A stretch of 35,670 bases of DNA from a virus, in the IMG/VR virus record IMGVR_UViG_3300012348_000128, positions 1 to 35,670 of that record. The stretch is one strand, 5' to 3'. The notes beneath the pieces were generated by a model, which had not been told where the DNA came from, searched no databases, and saw only the letters and a list, made by a program, of their open reading frames with translations. Positions 23,471 through 31,153 of the stretch are shown piece after piece. Every line of letters begins with the position of its first letter. Position 1 is the stretch's first letter. Both the position numbers and the translations under genes were made by a program.

Positions 23471-24217
23471 ATGGCTTTTGATCTCTCATCCATCCAGCGC
23501 ACCAAGCGCATGCGCGCCCCCAAGATCGTGATCGCAGGGCCAGGCAAGATCGGCAAGACGACCTTTGCCTCGATGGCCCCCAACGCGATCGGCATCTTGA
23601 CCGAGGACGGCGCCGACGCTGTCGACGCGTCTGCCTTTCCACTGGCCACCAGCCTCGACCAGGTTTACGAGGCGATCACCACCCTGCTTGAGCAGGAGCA
23701 CGACTACCAGACAGTGTTCCTTGACTCGCTTGATTGGTTAGAGCCGCTGATCCATGCGCACGTTTGCAAGGCCAACAAGTGGGCCACCATCGAGGCCGCA
23801 GGCTACGGCAAGGGCTACATCGCTGCGGCCGATGAGTGGCGCAATCTGCTTAACGGCCTTGAGGCACTGCGCCAGCAACGCAACATGGCCGTGATCTTGA
23901 TCGCGCACGACAAGATCAAGCACTTTGAGTCGCCCCTGCACGACGGTTATGACCAGTACGTGCTCAAGCTGCACGACCGCGCTGCCGCGTTGGTTCAGGA
24001 GTGGGCCGACGTCATCGGCTGGGCCAACTACCGCATCGTGACCACGCAGTCAGATGCCGGCTACGGCAACAAAGAAACAAAGGCCCGCACCACGGGCGAT
24101 CGAATTCTTCACGTTGAACCGCACCCAGCTCACATGGGCGGGAATCGGTTTGGCTTGAAGAACATGAAGCTCGATTGGGCTGAATTCGCTGCGGCTTTGA
24201 CCGCGTCTCAAAACTGA
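23471..24217 (+). CDS. AAA_24 / Sak4-like recombination ATPase
   Basis: Walker A GPGKIGKT and Walker B VFLDSLD. Typical size, and typically adjacent to DUF669. Confidence 0.85.
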   Translation: MAFDLSSIQRTKRMRAPKIVIAGPGKIGKTTFASMAPNAIGILTEDGADAVDASAFPLATSLDQVYEAITTLLEQEHDYQTVFLDSLDWLEPLIHAHVCKANKWATIEAAGYGKGYIAAADEWRNLLNGLEALRQQRNMAVILIAHDKIKHFESPLHDGYDQYVLKLHDRAAALVQEWADVIGWANYRIVTTQSDAGYGNKETKARTTGDRILHVEPHPAHMGGNRFGLKNMKLDWAEFAAALTASQN

Positions 24218-24235
24218 AACTAGGAACTTTCAAAC

Positions 24236-24715
24236 ATGGCACTCATTAACTTCAAAGCCTCATCTGTCCAGATCGAGGAGCGCTCCAATTCATTTGGCCC
24301 TCTGCCTGCTGGCGAGTACGAAATGATGATCGTGAAGTCGGAAACCAAACCGACCAAAGCGAACAACGGCCACTACCTCGAGCTGGAGATGCACATCATC
24401 TCGGGCCAGCACTCTGGCCGCCGGCACTGGGAGCGCTTGAACTTGGACAACCCCAACGCTCAGGCCGTAAAGATCGCTCAGGAGTCGCTTGCCAAGCTGT
24501 GCATGGCTATCGGCCTGGACGACGTCGAGGACAGCGAGCAGCTGCACGACCAGCCTTTCGTGGCAGAAATCGGCATCGACAAGAAGGACGACCAGCGCAA
24601 CGTGATCTGGGGCTACAAGAGCATTGGCGGCCACATCAACAACGCCAAGCCCAAAGCTGCATCAGCGCCAGCACCGTCTGCCGCGCAAGTCAAGGCCGCA
24701 AAGCCTTGGGGCTGA
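24236..24715 (+). CDS. DUF669-family (SSB-like) protein
   Basis: The pattern FGPLPAGEYEMMIVKSETKPTKANNGHYLELEMHIISGQHSGRRHWERLNL is typical of DUF669 partners of Sak4. Confidence 0.75.
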   Translation: MALINFKASSVQIEERSNSFGPLPAGEYEMMIVKSETKPTKANNGHYLELEMHIISGQHSGRRHWERLNLDNPNAQAVKIAQESLAKLCMAIGLDDVEDSEQLHDQPFVAEIGIDKKDDQRNVIWGYKSIGGHINNAKPKAASAPAPSAAQVKAAKPWG

Positions 24716-24842
24716 TCTAAATCGGGGCCGAAAGCGGATGCTGTGTAAGCGTTGCCCGTCACAGAAACTGCGGTTAGACGCTACGGTTGACGGATACGCC
24801 CACAGACGCAGCGAGTAGGCCCCACCTAACAACGAGAGAACG

Positions 24843-26021
24843 ATGGCAACAATTCCTGAATCCCCCCACACGACCAGCGCGGCGATCATCCGCTGGTACG
24901 AAAGCAAACCCCAAGAACACCGCCCGCACATGGGCGCGTCACTGATCGGCCATGCGTGCGATCGGTACATCTGGCTGACCTGGCGCTGGGCCCTCAAACC
25001 CGAGTTCAAGGGCCGCATCCTGCGCCTGTTCAGCACAGGCCAGCGCGAGGAGTCGCGCTTGGTCGAGGAGCTGCGCGGCATCGGCGCGACCGTCTGGGAT
25101 GTTGACCCCGACAGCGGCGACCAGTGGCGCGTGAGCGCCTGCAACGGCCACTTTGGCGGCTCGCTGGATGGCGTTGCCAAAGGACTGCCAGAGGCCCCCA
25201 AGAGCCCGGCCGTGCTGGAGTTCAAGACGCACTCCAACAAGTCATTCAACGAGCTGCTCAAGAAGAAGGTCAAGGGCGCAAAGGCCCAGCACTACGACCA
25301 AATGACCGTTTACATGGGCTTGATGGAGATCGACCGCGCCCTGTACATGGCCGTAAACAAGGACACCGACGACGTGTATTGCGAGTGGGTGCATTTCGAC
25401 AAAGAGCGCTTTGACCAGCTGATCGAACGCGCTCAGCGCCTGATCGACAGCACCACCGCCCCCTGGCGCATGAGCACAGACCCCGAGCACTTTGAGTGCA
25501 AATGGTGCTCGATGTGGAAGCACTGCCACGGCGGCCAGGCGGCAGAGGCCAACTGCAGGACATGCGTGCGTTCGACACCCGTTGAGAAGGGCGCATGGCA
25601 GTGCGGTATCTACAACCGCGAGCTGGCCCTGCATGAGCAGCGCAGTGGCTGCCTGGATCACCTGATGATCCCCGACCTAGTGCCCTACGGCGACCCGCAG
25701 GACGGCGGCGAGAACTGGATCGCCTACAAGCACAAAGAGACTGGCGACATGTTTGTCAACGGCCCCGAGAACTGCAGCGACTACGGCCCGGTGTTCTCCA
25801 GCCGCGAGCTGCACAACTGCCCCGGCTCTCTGATCAGTGAAGTGATCAAGCACAAGACCGAATGGCCGGTGAGCAAGGTCGAGAGCGGCAGCGTGAAGTC
25901 AGAGTGGGACGACCTGGCCACACACCCCGACGATTTACCTGTGAAGTCCGACACGCCCGAGCAGCGCAAGGAGGCCAAGAAGATCAAAAGCGCCGTCAAG
26001 GCATTGGAGGCGTTCAAATGA
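24843..26021 (+). CDS. Cas4/RecB-like PD-(D/E)xK exonuclease with an Fe-S Cys motif and a Cys-rich C-terminal extension
   Basis: Motifs GSLDGV and LEFKT (D...ExK), then QHYDQMTVY (QhxxY). One N-terminal Cys plus CKWCSMWKHC (C-x2-C-x5-C). A second cluster follows: CRTC...C...C..H. Confidence 0.85.
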   Translation: MATIPESPHTTSAAIIRWYESKPQEHRPHMGASLIGHACDRYIWLTWRWALKPEFKGRILRLFSTGQREESRLVEELRGIGATVWDVDPDSGDQWRVSACNGHFGGSLDGVAKGLPEAPKSPAVLEFKTHSNKSFNELLKKKVKGAKAQHYDQMTVYMGLMEIDRALYMAVNKDTDDVYCEWVHFDKERFDQLIERAQRLIDSTTAPWRMSTDPEHFECKWCSMWKHCHGGQAAEANCRTCVRSTPVEKGAWQCGIYNRELALHEQRSGCLDHLMIPDLVPYGDPQDGGENWIAYKHKETGDMFVNGPENCSDYGPVFSSRELHNCPGSLISEVIKHKTEWPVSKVESGSVKSEWDDLATHPDDLPVKSDTPEQRKEAKKIKSAVKALEAFK

Positions 26022-26128
26022 TCGAGTGGTACTGGCTCATCCCGGCTTTGCTGGCGGGTGCATTTTGTGGCTTTCTGACGATGGCCTTGTGTGTGATGTC
26101 GCGGGGCCAAGATGAAGGAACTGATTGA
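26018..26128 (+). CDS. Small single-TM protein, 36 aa (below the ORF-track cutoff)
   Basis: GGAGG lies 7 nt upstream. ATGA overlap with the nuclease stop. Sequence MIEWYWLIPALLAGAFCGFLTMALCVM. Confidence 0.45.
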   Translation: MIEWYWLIPALLAGAFCGFLTMALCVMSRGQDEGTD

Positions 26129-26615
26129 GCGCGTGCGTCTGCACATTGAGGAGATCGGCGACTGCTGGGAGTGGCAAGGGGCGATGCAGGCCCGATCGCC
26201 CACGCCGATGATCCAATACAAGCGCCGGGTCAAGCCCGTGCGCCGACTGCTTGCCGAGACGCTTGGCAAGAATGTGACAGGCAAGTTCGTGACATGCAAG
26301 TGTCGCAACGAGCTGTGCGTGAATCCTGACCATCTTTTGATCGTGACGCGCAAGCGTCTGCAGGAGATCGTCAACAAGGAGCGCAACTACACCAGCAGCC
26401 CCGTGCGCATGAAGAAGCTGGCCGACAAGGCCCGGCTCAATTCAAAGCTCACGCCCGAGCTGGCTGCGGAGATCCGAGAGGCCGAGGGCACGCAGAGGCA
26501 GATCGCTGCCCGCTACGGCATTAGCCAGGCCACCGTCAGCGTGATCAAGCGCGGCGTGACCTGGCGCGATTACTCAAACCCATTTGCACAACTTATAGGA
26601 GGGCTCAACAAATGA
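26112..26615 (+). CDS. HNH_3-type endonuclease-like protein with a C-terminal HTH
   Basis: GDCWEWQG and CVNPDHL motifs. The C-terminal RQIAARYGISQATVSVIKRG is an HTH. Confidence 0.75.
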   Translation: MKELIERVRLHIEEIGDCWEWQGAMQARSPTPMIQYKRRVKPVRRLLAETLGKNVTGKFVTCKCRNELCVNPDHLLIVTRKRLQEIVNKERNYTSSPVRMKKLADKARLNSKLTPELAAEIREAEGTQRQIAARYGISQATVSVIKRGVTWRDYSNPFAQLIGGLNK

Positions 26616-27088
26616 GCTTCATCATTGGAATTGACCCCGGCGCAGCTGGCGCGGTCGCCATCATCGAGGACACCGGCAAGCTGGTGCACGTCTTTGACAT
26701 GCCTGCCGTCGAGGTGATCGTGGGCGGCAAGGCCAAGCGCCGCGTCAGCCCCGAGATGCTGGTCGCGGAGCTTGAGCTCTACGCCACCCAAGGCGCTCGG
26801 GCTGTCATCGAGCAGGTGGGCGCCATGCCCGGCCAGGGCGTGACCAGCATGTTCGCGTTTGGGGAGTCCTTCGGGCTCGCCAAAGGCGTCCTGGCGGGCC
26901 TGAAGATCCCCACCAGCACCGTCACCCCTGGCAAGTGGAAAAAGGCCCTTCAGCTCAATTCTGGCAAGGATGGGAGCCGAGCCAAGGCCGCCCAGATCTG
27001 GCCGGCGTCGGCGGGAGAGTTCAAACGCGTGAAGGACGACGGCAAGGCTGAGGCCGCGCTGATCGCTTACTGGGGGCGCACGCAATGA
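26612..27088 (+). CDS. RuvC-like Holliday junction resolvase
   Basis: N-terminal IIGIDPGAAGAVA, a catalytic-acid pattern, and C-terminal DDGKAEAALIA. AGGAGGG RBS. Confidence 0.85.
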   Translation: MSFIIGIDPGAAGAVAIIEDTGKLVHVFDMPAVEVIVGGKAKRRVSPEMLVAELELYATQGARAVIEQVGAMPGQGVTSMFAFGESFGLAKGVLAGLKIPTSTVTPGKWKKALQLNSGKDGSRAKAAQIWPASAGEFKRVKDDGKAEAALIAYWGRTQ

Positions 27089-27687
27089 AAGTCCTTGTCG
27101 CCTGCGAATATTCGGGGCGCGTGCGTAATGCTTTCCTCGAAAAAGGTCATGACGCACTCAGCTGCGACCTCTTGCCAACAGACTCGCCCGGCCCGCACTA
27201 CCAAGGCGATGTCATGGACATCATTGCCGATGGCTGGGATCTGATGATCGCCCACCCGCCGTGCACCTACCTGTCGGTCAGCGGCATGCACTGGACAACC
27301 AGAGGCCTGCGCGACCCCCAGTTGACCGAGGACGCTCTTGCTTTTGTGCAGCTTCTTATGGCCGCGCCCATTGAGAAACTCGCAATAGAGAACCCGATCA
27401 GCATCATCTCGAGCCGCATCCGCAAGCCCGACCAAATCATTAACCCCTACGAGTTTGGGCACGACGCCAGCAAGAAGACGTGCTTGTGGCTCAAAAACCT
27501 GCCTCCACTGCGGCCCACGGAAATGGTCGAGCCGCGGATCGTCAACGGGCGCCCGCGCTGGGGCAACCAGACCGCCAGCGGCCAGAACAAGCTGGCCCCA
27601 AGCGCCGACCGCTGGAAGATCAGGAGCGAAACCTATGCGGGCATCGCTGCCGCGATGGCCGATCAATGGGGAGGCGTGCCAATTTAA
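27085..27687 (+). CDS. Short DNA cytosine-C5 methyltransferase-like protein, 200 aa, with no evident target-recognition domain
   Basis: VLVACEYSG (motif I-like), HPPCTYLS (motif IV Pro-Cys) and IENP (motif VI ENV-like). It is too short to hold a canonical TRD plus motifs IX/X. Confidence 0.7.
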   Translation: MKVLVACEYSGRVRNAFLEKGHDALSCDLLPTDSPGPHYQGDVMDIIADGWDLMIAHPPCTYLSVSGMHWTTRGLRDPQLTEDALAFVQLLMAAPIEKLAIENPISIISSRIRKPDQIINPYEFGHDASKKTCLWLKNLPPLRPTEMVEPRIVNGRPRWGNQTASGQNKLAPSADRWKIRSETYAGIAAAMADQWGGVPI

Positions 27688-27763
27688 TCCGGGTATTGCG
27701 TTTTGCTGTTGTTGTTGCGATAATCTCACCAACCAAAACACAAACGAGGAACGAGGCAGCACC

Positions 27764-28720
27764 ATGGCAATCAAACTACGCGGCGAAACCTACTGGCTGG
27801 ACGTAATGATCAACGGCAAGCGCATCCGCGAGTCGCTCAAAACGTCTGACCCCAAGCAGGCCCAAGAGCTCCACGACATCCGCAAGGGTGAGTTGTGGCG
27901 CTCGGGTGTGCTTAAGGAAAAGCCCAAGAAGACCTGGAACGACGCCACCGCCAAGTGGAAGATCGAGAAAGGCAACAAGAAGTCCTTTGCGGACGACGAG
28001 GACAAGATCACTTTCCTCAAGCCAAAGCTGGGCGCCAAGCTGCTCACCGACATCGACCGCGAAACGATCGAGGATGCCCTGCCCCAGGACGTCAAGCCGG
28101 CCACCCGCAACCGCTACCGCGCTCTGATCCGCGCCATCTTCCGCGCGGCCCAGATCGACTGGCAATGGATCGACTCGATCCCAGGCTTTCGCAAAGAGGA
28201 CGAGCCCAGCCGTCGCGTCGCATATTTGTCACGCGAACAGGCCGAGGCTTTGATCGCCGCACTGCCGGTAAAGTATCGGTGTCCAGTCCGTTTTGCTTTA
28301 CTCACCGGGTTGAGAAAAGCCAATGTCTTTGGCCTGCGCTGGGAAAACGTGAACCTGGAGACGGGCATGGTGATCGTGCACGCGGACGAGGCCAAGGCCG
28401 GCGAGCGCATCTTGGTGCCCCTGAACAAGCAGGCGCGTGAGCTCTTGGCGGCCATCCCAGAGCCCCGTGAAGGGCTTGTGTTCAACTGCCCTGTGCGCAT
28501 CTCCCCGACCACCTGGGCAAACGCCACAAAGCGCGTTGGCGTGCCCTGGTGCCGGTTCCATGACCTGCGCCACACCTGGGCCAGCTGGCACGCCATGGCC
28601 GGCACGCCTCTGAGCGTGCTGCAGGAGCTGGGTGGCTGGCACTCGGCCGAGATGGTGCGCAAGTACGCTCACCTGTCCCCCGAGCACCTGGCCGCGGCCG
28701 CCGAAAGGGTCACGCTGTGA
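27764..28720 (+). CDS. int: Tyrosine integrase
   Basis: TGLRKANV (Arg), HDLRHTWAS (HxxR) and the VRKYAH Tyr region. Trimmed from a long GC-rich upstream extension to the ATG at 27764. Confidence 0.9.
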   Translation: MAIKLRGETYWLDVMINGKRIRESLKTSDPKQAQELHDIRKGELWRSGVLKEKPKKTWNDATAKWKIEKGNKKSFADDEDKITFLKPKLGAKLLTDIDRETIEDALPQDVKPATRNRYRALIRAIFRAAQIDWQWIDSIPGFRKEDEPSRRVAYLSREQAEALIAALPVKYRCPVRFALLTGLRKANVFGLRWENVNLETGMVIVHADEAKAGERILVPLNKQARELLAAIPEPREGLVFNCPVRISPTTWANATKRVGVPWCRFHDLRHTWASWHAMAGTPLSVLQELGGWHSAEMVRKYAHLSPEHLAAAAERVTL

Positions 28721-29049
28721 ACGAGCACATCAAACAAATCCAGGCGCACGCGGTGGCCGTGCAAACCGGCCAGCGCGACCGCCTCGAGGAGCTGGGCGAG
28801 TTGATCGCCGCGCCGGGCGTGCGTGTGGTGGTGATCAGGCCACCCTGGACGGTGGGCCTGGTCGGCACGGTGCTGGGAGTGTGGTCGCAAGGCCCCAGGC
28901 TGGCCGCCAGGGTCGATTTCGACGGCTGGGTGATGTCTGTGCCCCTGGACGCGCTGGCGCGCCGCCACGGGGCTCCTGATTGCGCTACGGCACAAATTTG
29001 GCACACGGCCGCATTTGTCAGGCTTCAGTCAGGAGAATTTCTTGAATGA
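28717..29049 (+). CDS. Hypothetical protein, 110 aa, between int and attP (GTG start)
   Basis: GTGA overlap with the int stop. Third-position GC is very high over about the first 85 codons. The 3' end runs into the attP arm. Confidence 0.5.
   Translation: MNEHIKQIQAHAVAVQTGQRDRLEELGELIAAPGVRVVVIRPPWTVGLVGTVLGVWSQGPRLAARVDFDGWVMSVPLDALARRHGAPDCATAQIWHTAAFVRLQSGEFLE
28989..29005 (+). repeat. Arm-type repeat GGCACAAATTTGGCACA (P-arm candidate)
   Basis: 16/17 identical to 29174-29190. TTTGGCA also occurs at 29144-29150, and GGCACAA at 29161-29167. Confidence 0.45.
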
Positions 29050-29055
29050 AATCAG

Positions 29056-29099
29056 TGGAGGCGGGGGTCGGAATCGAACCGGCGTACACGGATTTGCAG
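29056..29099 (-). other. attP core: 3' 44 nt of a tRNA-Cys(GCA)-like sequence
   Basis: The minus strand reads CTGCAAATCCGTGTACGCCGGTTCGATTCCGACCCCCGCCTCCA. That covers the anticodon loop CU-GCA-AA, the stem TCCGT, a 4-nt variable loop, the T-arm, the acceptor strand, discriminator U and CCA. The 5' half does not fold. Confidence 0.7.
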
Positions 29100-29110
29100 T
29101 GCCCTCAGAC

Positions 29111-29138
29111 AAAAAAGTGCCCTGATTTCTCAGGGCAC
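29111..29138 (-). terminator. Intrinsic terminator ending the late/lysis operon
   Basis: Minus strand GTGCCCTGA-GAAA-TCAGGGCAC followed by TTTTTT: a perfect 9-bp stem with a GNRA loop. Confidence 0.8.
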
Positions 29139-29173
29139 AGAGGTTTGGCAACTGCTTTGTGGCACAAGTCCAC

Positions 29174-29190
29174 GGCACAATTTTGGCACA
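29174..29190 (+). repeat. Arm-type repeat GGCACAATTTTGGCACA (P'-arm candidate)
   Basis: Direct repeat of 28989-29005 with one mismatch, on the other side of the tRNA-like core. Confidence 0.45.
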
Positions 29191-29192
29191 GC

Positions 29193-29603
29193 CTATTTGG
29201 CTGCCACGCCCTTGACCTTTTCGGCCGTGCGCAGGGTGGACATACCAAGCATGGCGAACACCAGCCCAAGCAGGTCGGCGATGCCAAGGTCGGGCCGCGT
29301 TACCAGCTGCCCGGTCTGGACAACCTGCGCCACCCAAAGCACCGTGGCCGCTAGGACGTAGGGCACGTAGTAGCAGAACAGCGCGATCGCGCACGTCCAG
29401 CCAATGGCCGGACGCCAGCCGGCGATGAACAGCGAGCCGGTGCTCGCCTCGGTCTTGTTGAGGTCGATCTGCGCCAGGTCGAGCCGCTGATCCAGCTCTT
29501 TCTCGCGCAGCGCCATCTCCAAGCGCTCTTTGTCCGTCGTGATGAGGTCGCCCGCGACCTTGCCAACCGACTCAATGATGGTGCCAATTCCAAGGAAATT
29601 CAT
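29193..29603 (-). CDS. Holin (3-TM, gene-transfer-release type)
   Basis: The N-terminal amphipathic/coiled segment is followed by SLFIAGWRPAIGWTCAIALF and further TM segments. ATGA coupling to the endolysin. Confidence 0.7.
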   Translation of the reverse strand: MNFLGIGTIIESVGKVAGDLITTDKERLEMALREKELDQRLDLAQIDLNKTEASTGSLFIAGWRPAIGWTCAIALFCYYVPYVLAATVLWVAQVVQTGQLVTRPDLGIADLLGLVFAMLGMSTLRTAEKVKGVAAK

Positions 29604-30103
29604 GCCACGCCCTCCAGCGTCCTGTTAATCCAGCCCAACAGGAACTTCTGCTGCGTGCGGTCGCGGGTCACAATGTCCCGATACCTGGCCACCTTGGCAA
29701 GGGCGTAGGCCATGACGAATTTGTCGGGGTCGTAGGCGTTAAGGGCTTGCACAGTGCGTGGGCCAAACGCGCCGTCAGGGGTCACGCCAACCACGATCTG
29801 CGCCAGCACTCTAGCCGGGCGCCCGGTGTTGACGTTAAAGTCGAAAATGCTCTGGGCGGTGCTCTGGTGCACCAGCTCGTCGCCGCGGATAGGATTCCAG
29901 AAGGTGGAGCGGTAAAACTCGCGCACCATCTGCGCTGGCACCTGATCGCCGTTGTCGATATTGACCCAGCCTGGCCACTGCGGGTTCATGTTGCGTGCGA
30001 TGCCTGCGTAGGTCATGCCGCCGCGGTCGCCTGCAATGGTGCTCAGCACATAGCCGCCCTCGTTGCGGATCATGGCCTCGTAGGCCGGCAGAAAATCAGC
30101 CAT
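29600..30103 (-). CDS. Endolysin, glycoside hydrolase family 108 with a PG_binding_3-like C-terminus
   Basis: RNEGGYVLSTIAGDRGGMTYAGI is the GH108 signature. The C-terminus reads GPRTVQALN...LLGWINR. Confidence 0.85.
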   Translation of the reverse strand: MADFLPAYEAMIRNEGGYVLSTIAGDRGGMTYAGIARNMNPQWPGWVNIDNGDQVPAQMVREFYRSTFWNPIRGDELVHQSTAQSIFDFNVNTGRPARVLAQIVVGVTPDGAFGPRTVQALNAYDPDKFVMAYALAKVARYRDIVTRDRTQQKFLLGWINRTLEGVA

Positions 30104-30191
30104 AGAGCACCTTAACGAAAACCTTGGCGCACCAGATGGTCATGCCAATGAGCGAGGCCGCCGCAATAAACGCAACGACCCAGTCCTTCAT
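30096..30191 (-). CDS. Single-TM micro-protein, 31 aa, in the lysis cassette (below the ORF-track cutoff)
   Basis: My own translation is MKDWVVAFIAAASLIGMTIWCAKVFVKVLYG. ATGA overlap upstream and an 8-nt overlap with the endolysin start. Confidence 0.4.
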   Translation of the reverse strand: MKDWVVAFIAAASLIGMTIWCAKVFVKVLYG

Positions 30192-30487
30192 TTTGTGAAT
30201 CCCAGCTTGGTTGACGCGCCAATGACTACCAAGCCGCAAATAATTACCAGCAGCGACCAAACGCCTTTCTTGGCAATCTCGAGCTTTAGGTCGCGCCAGA
30301 ACTCGGCTTCAGCCTTAGCTGCGCGGAGCTTTTCTTCGTGGAACCTGCGATGGCCTTCAAAGTCCGTCGTGCCGTCCTCGTTCGTGATGAACGCGGACGA
30401 GATCTTTTTAATCTCAACTAGCAGCTCGTCAAATCGTCGGTCAAGGTGCGCGTTGTCACTCTGGGCCAGGTGTACTTCTTCGGCCAT
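30188..30487 (-). CDS. Tail-anchored membrane protein, 99 aa (lysis-cassette member, role unknown)
   Basis: Helical, charged N-terminus and a single C-terminal TM, VWSLLVIICGLVVIGA. ATG with an upstream GGAG. Confidence 0.6.
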   Translation of the reverse strand: MAEEVHLAQSDNAHLDRRFDELLVEIKKISSAFITNEDGTTDFEGHRRFHEEKLRAAKAEAEFWRDLKLEIAKKGVWSLLVIICGLVVIGASTKLGFTK

Positions 30488-30502
30488 TGCTGGGGTGCTC
30501 CA

Positions 30503-30679
30503 TCAGTCGGTCAGACCAGCTTGAGCCTCAGCAGACTCCTCCTCTTTGGGCAATTGCTCCTCAGCTTGCAATCGGATCTTTGCGGCCAGCGGCCAGATGT
30601 TCGTGCTGGTTGGCAACTGGCCAAGGACGTTGAGCAGCCCATTGACTTCGTGCAGGTCAAGTTTGAAATTTATTTTCAT
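30503..30679 (-). CDS. Candidate 58-aa protein (below the ORF-track cutoff)
   Basis: My own translation is MKINFKLDLHEVNGLLNVLGQLPTSTNIWPLAAKIRLQAEEQLPKEEESAEAQAGLTD. The RBS is weak. Confidence 0.35.
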   Translation of the reverse strand: MKINFKLDLHEVNGLLNVLGQLPTSTNIWPLAAKIRLQAEEQLPKEEESAEAQAGLTD

Positions 30680-30745
30680 GCGAGTCTTTGGTGGTTGTCG
30701 TGGGTTGTTGTTTTCTTTTTATGGCGCGATTATCGCATCGCTGCT

Positions 30746-31144
30746 TCAATAGCTTGCTTTGATCTCAGCAACCTTGTCGAGCCACTGCTGCTGTGTAGCC
30801 TCGCCTCGTTGCCATTTGAAGAACAATGGGTCTGCCTCTTTTGCATAAGCAATGCGGCGGCGTTCATCTTGCTCTTGCGCAGCCAAAGCCAATTCCTGCT
30901 CTGTCATTGGACGCACCAGCCATGCTTGCTTCCAAGTGCCGTTTGCTAGTTGCAGGAAGCCTGCATCCTCTACAACTTCATTGCTCTCATGTGTGGGTGA
31001 TTCAGCTGCTTGCGCGACAAACACGCCGTACTCGGCAAGCGTGTCCGCAGATGGACTCTGCGAGAAAGAGACTTGCGGGTTGTCCCGACGCAATTGCTCA
31101 AACGAATATGGCTCGGCTTGGCCGTTGGTGACTTTGATGTACAT
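30746..31144 (-). CDS. Tail fibre assembly/chaperone-like protein, 132 aa
   Basis: It lies directly downstream of the fibre genes, has an AAAGGA RBS, and ends with an acidic helical region with Trp residues typical of fibre chaperones. Confidence 0.55.
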   Translation of the reverse strand: MYIKVTNGQAEPYSFEQLRRDNPQVSFSQSPSADTLAEYGVFVAQAAESPTHESNEVVEDAGFLQLANGTWKQAWLVRPMTEQELALAAQEQDERRRIAYAKEADPLFFKWQRGEATQQQWLDKVAEIKASY

Positions 31145-31153
31145 GGCTGTCCT

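Noticed and set aside
24716-24842. The GC-rich 127-bp spacer, bracketed by GGGGCC ... GGCCCC, considered as a tRNA or small RNA gene.
   Set aside because: The cloverleaf test fails: the D-stem AGCG/GCGT does not pair and there is no T-loop consensus. No promoter or terminator is evident. Only generic stem potential remains, and that is noted under the recombination-module finding.
27455-27763. N-terminal extensions offered by the ORF track, for example int from 27455, 1821..2438, 18154..18951, 18795..19343, 21669..22349, 23384..24217 and 22231..22842.
   Set aside because: The extensions overlap upstream genes, often begin at non-ATG codons, and read as low-complexity Arg/Pro/Gly sequence. 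Internal ATGs have SD sequences or ATGA/TAATG coupling and begin the recognisable domains.
29056-29140. A complete tRNA gene at the tRNA-like sequence.
   Set aside because: Only positions 32-76 are tRNA-like. The sequence 5' of the anticodon loop (GGGCA) cannot pair with TCCGT. The next 40 nt form the late-operon terminator rather than D and acceptor arms.
30680-30745. A possible lysis-cassette promoter: TTGAAG with a nearby GATAAT/ATAATC, and the GCGATTATCGC near-palindrome.
   Set aside because: The spacing between the -35-like and -10-like hexamers is about 9-10 nt or more than 19 nt, so neither fits a sigma70 promoter. It is left unannotated.
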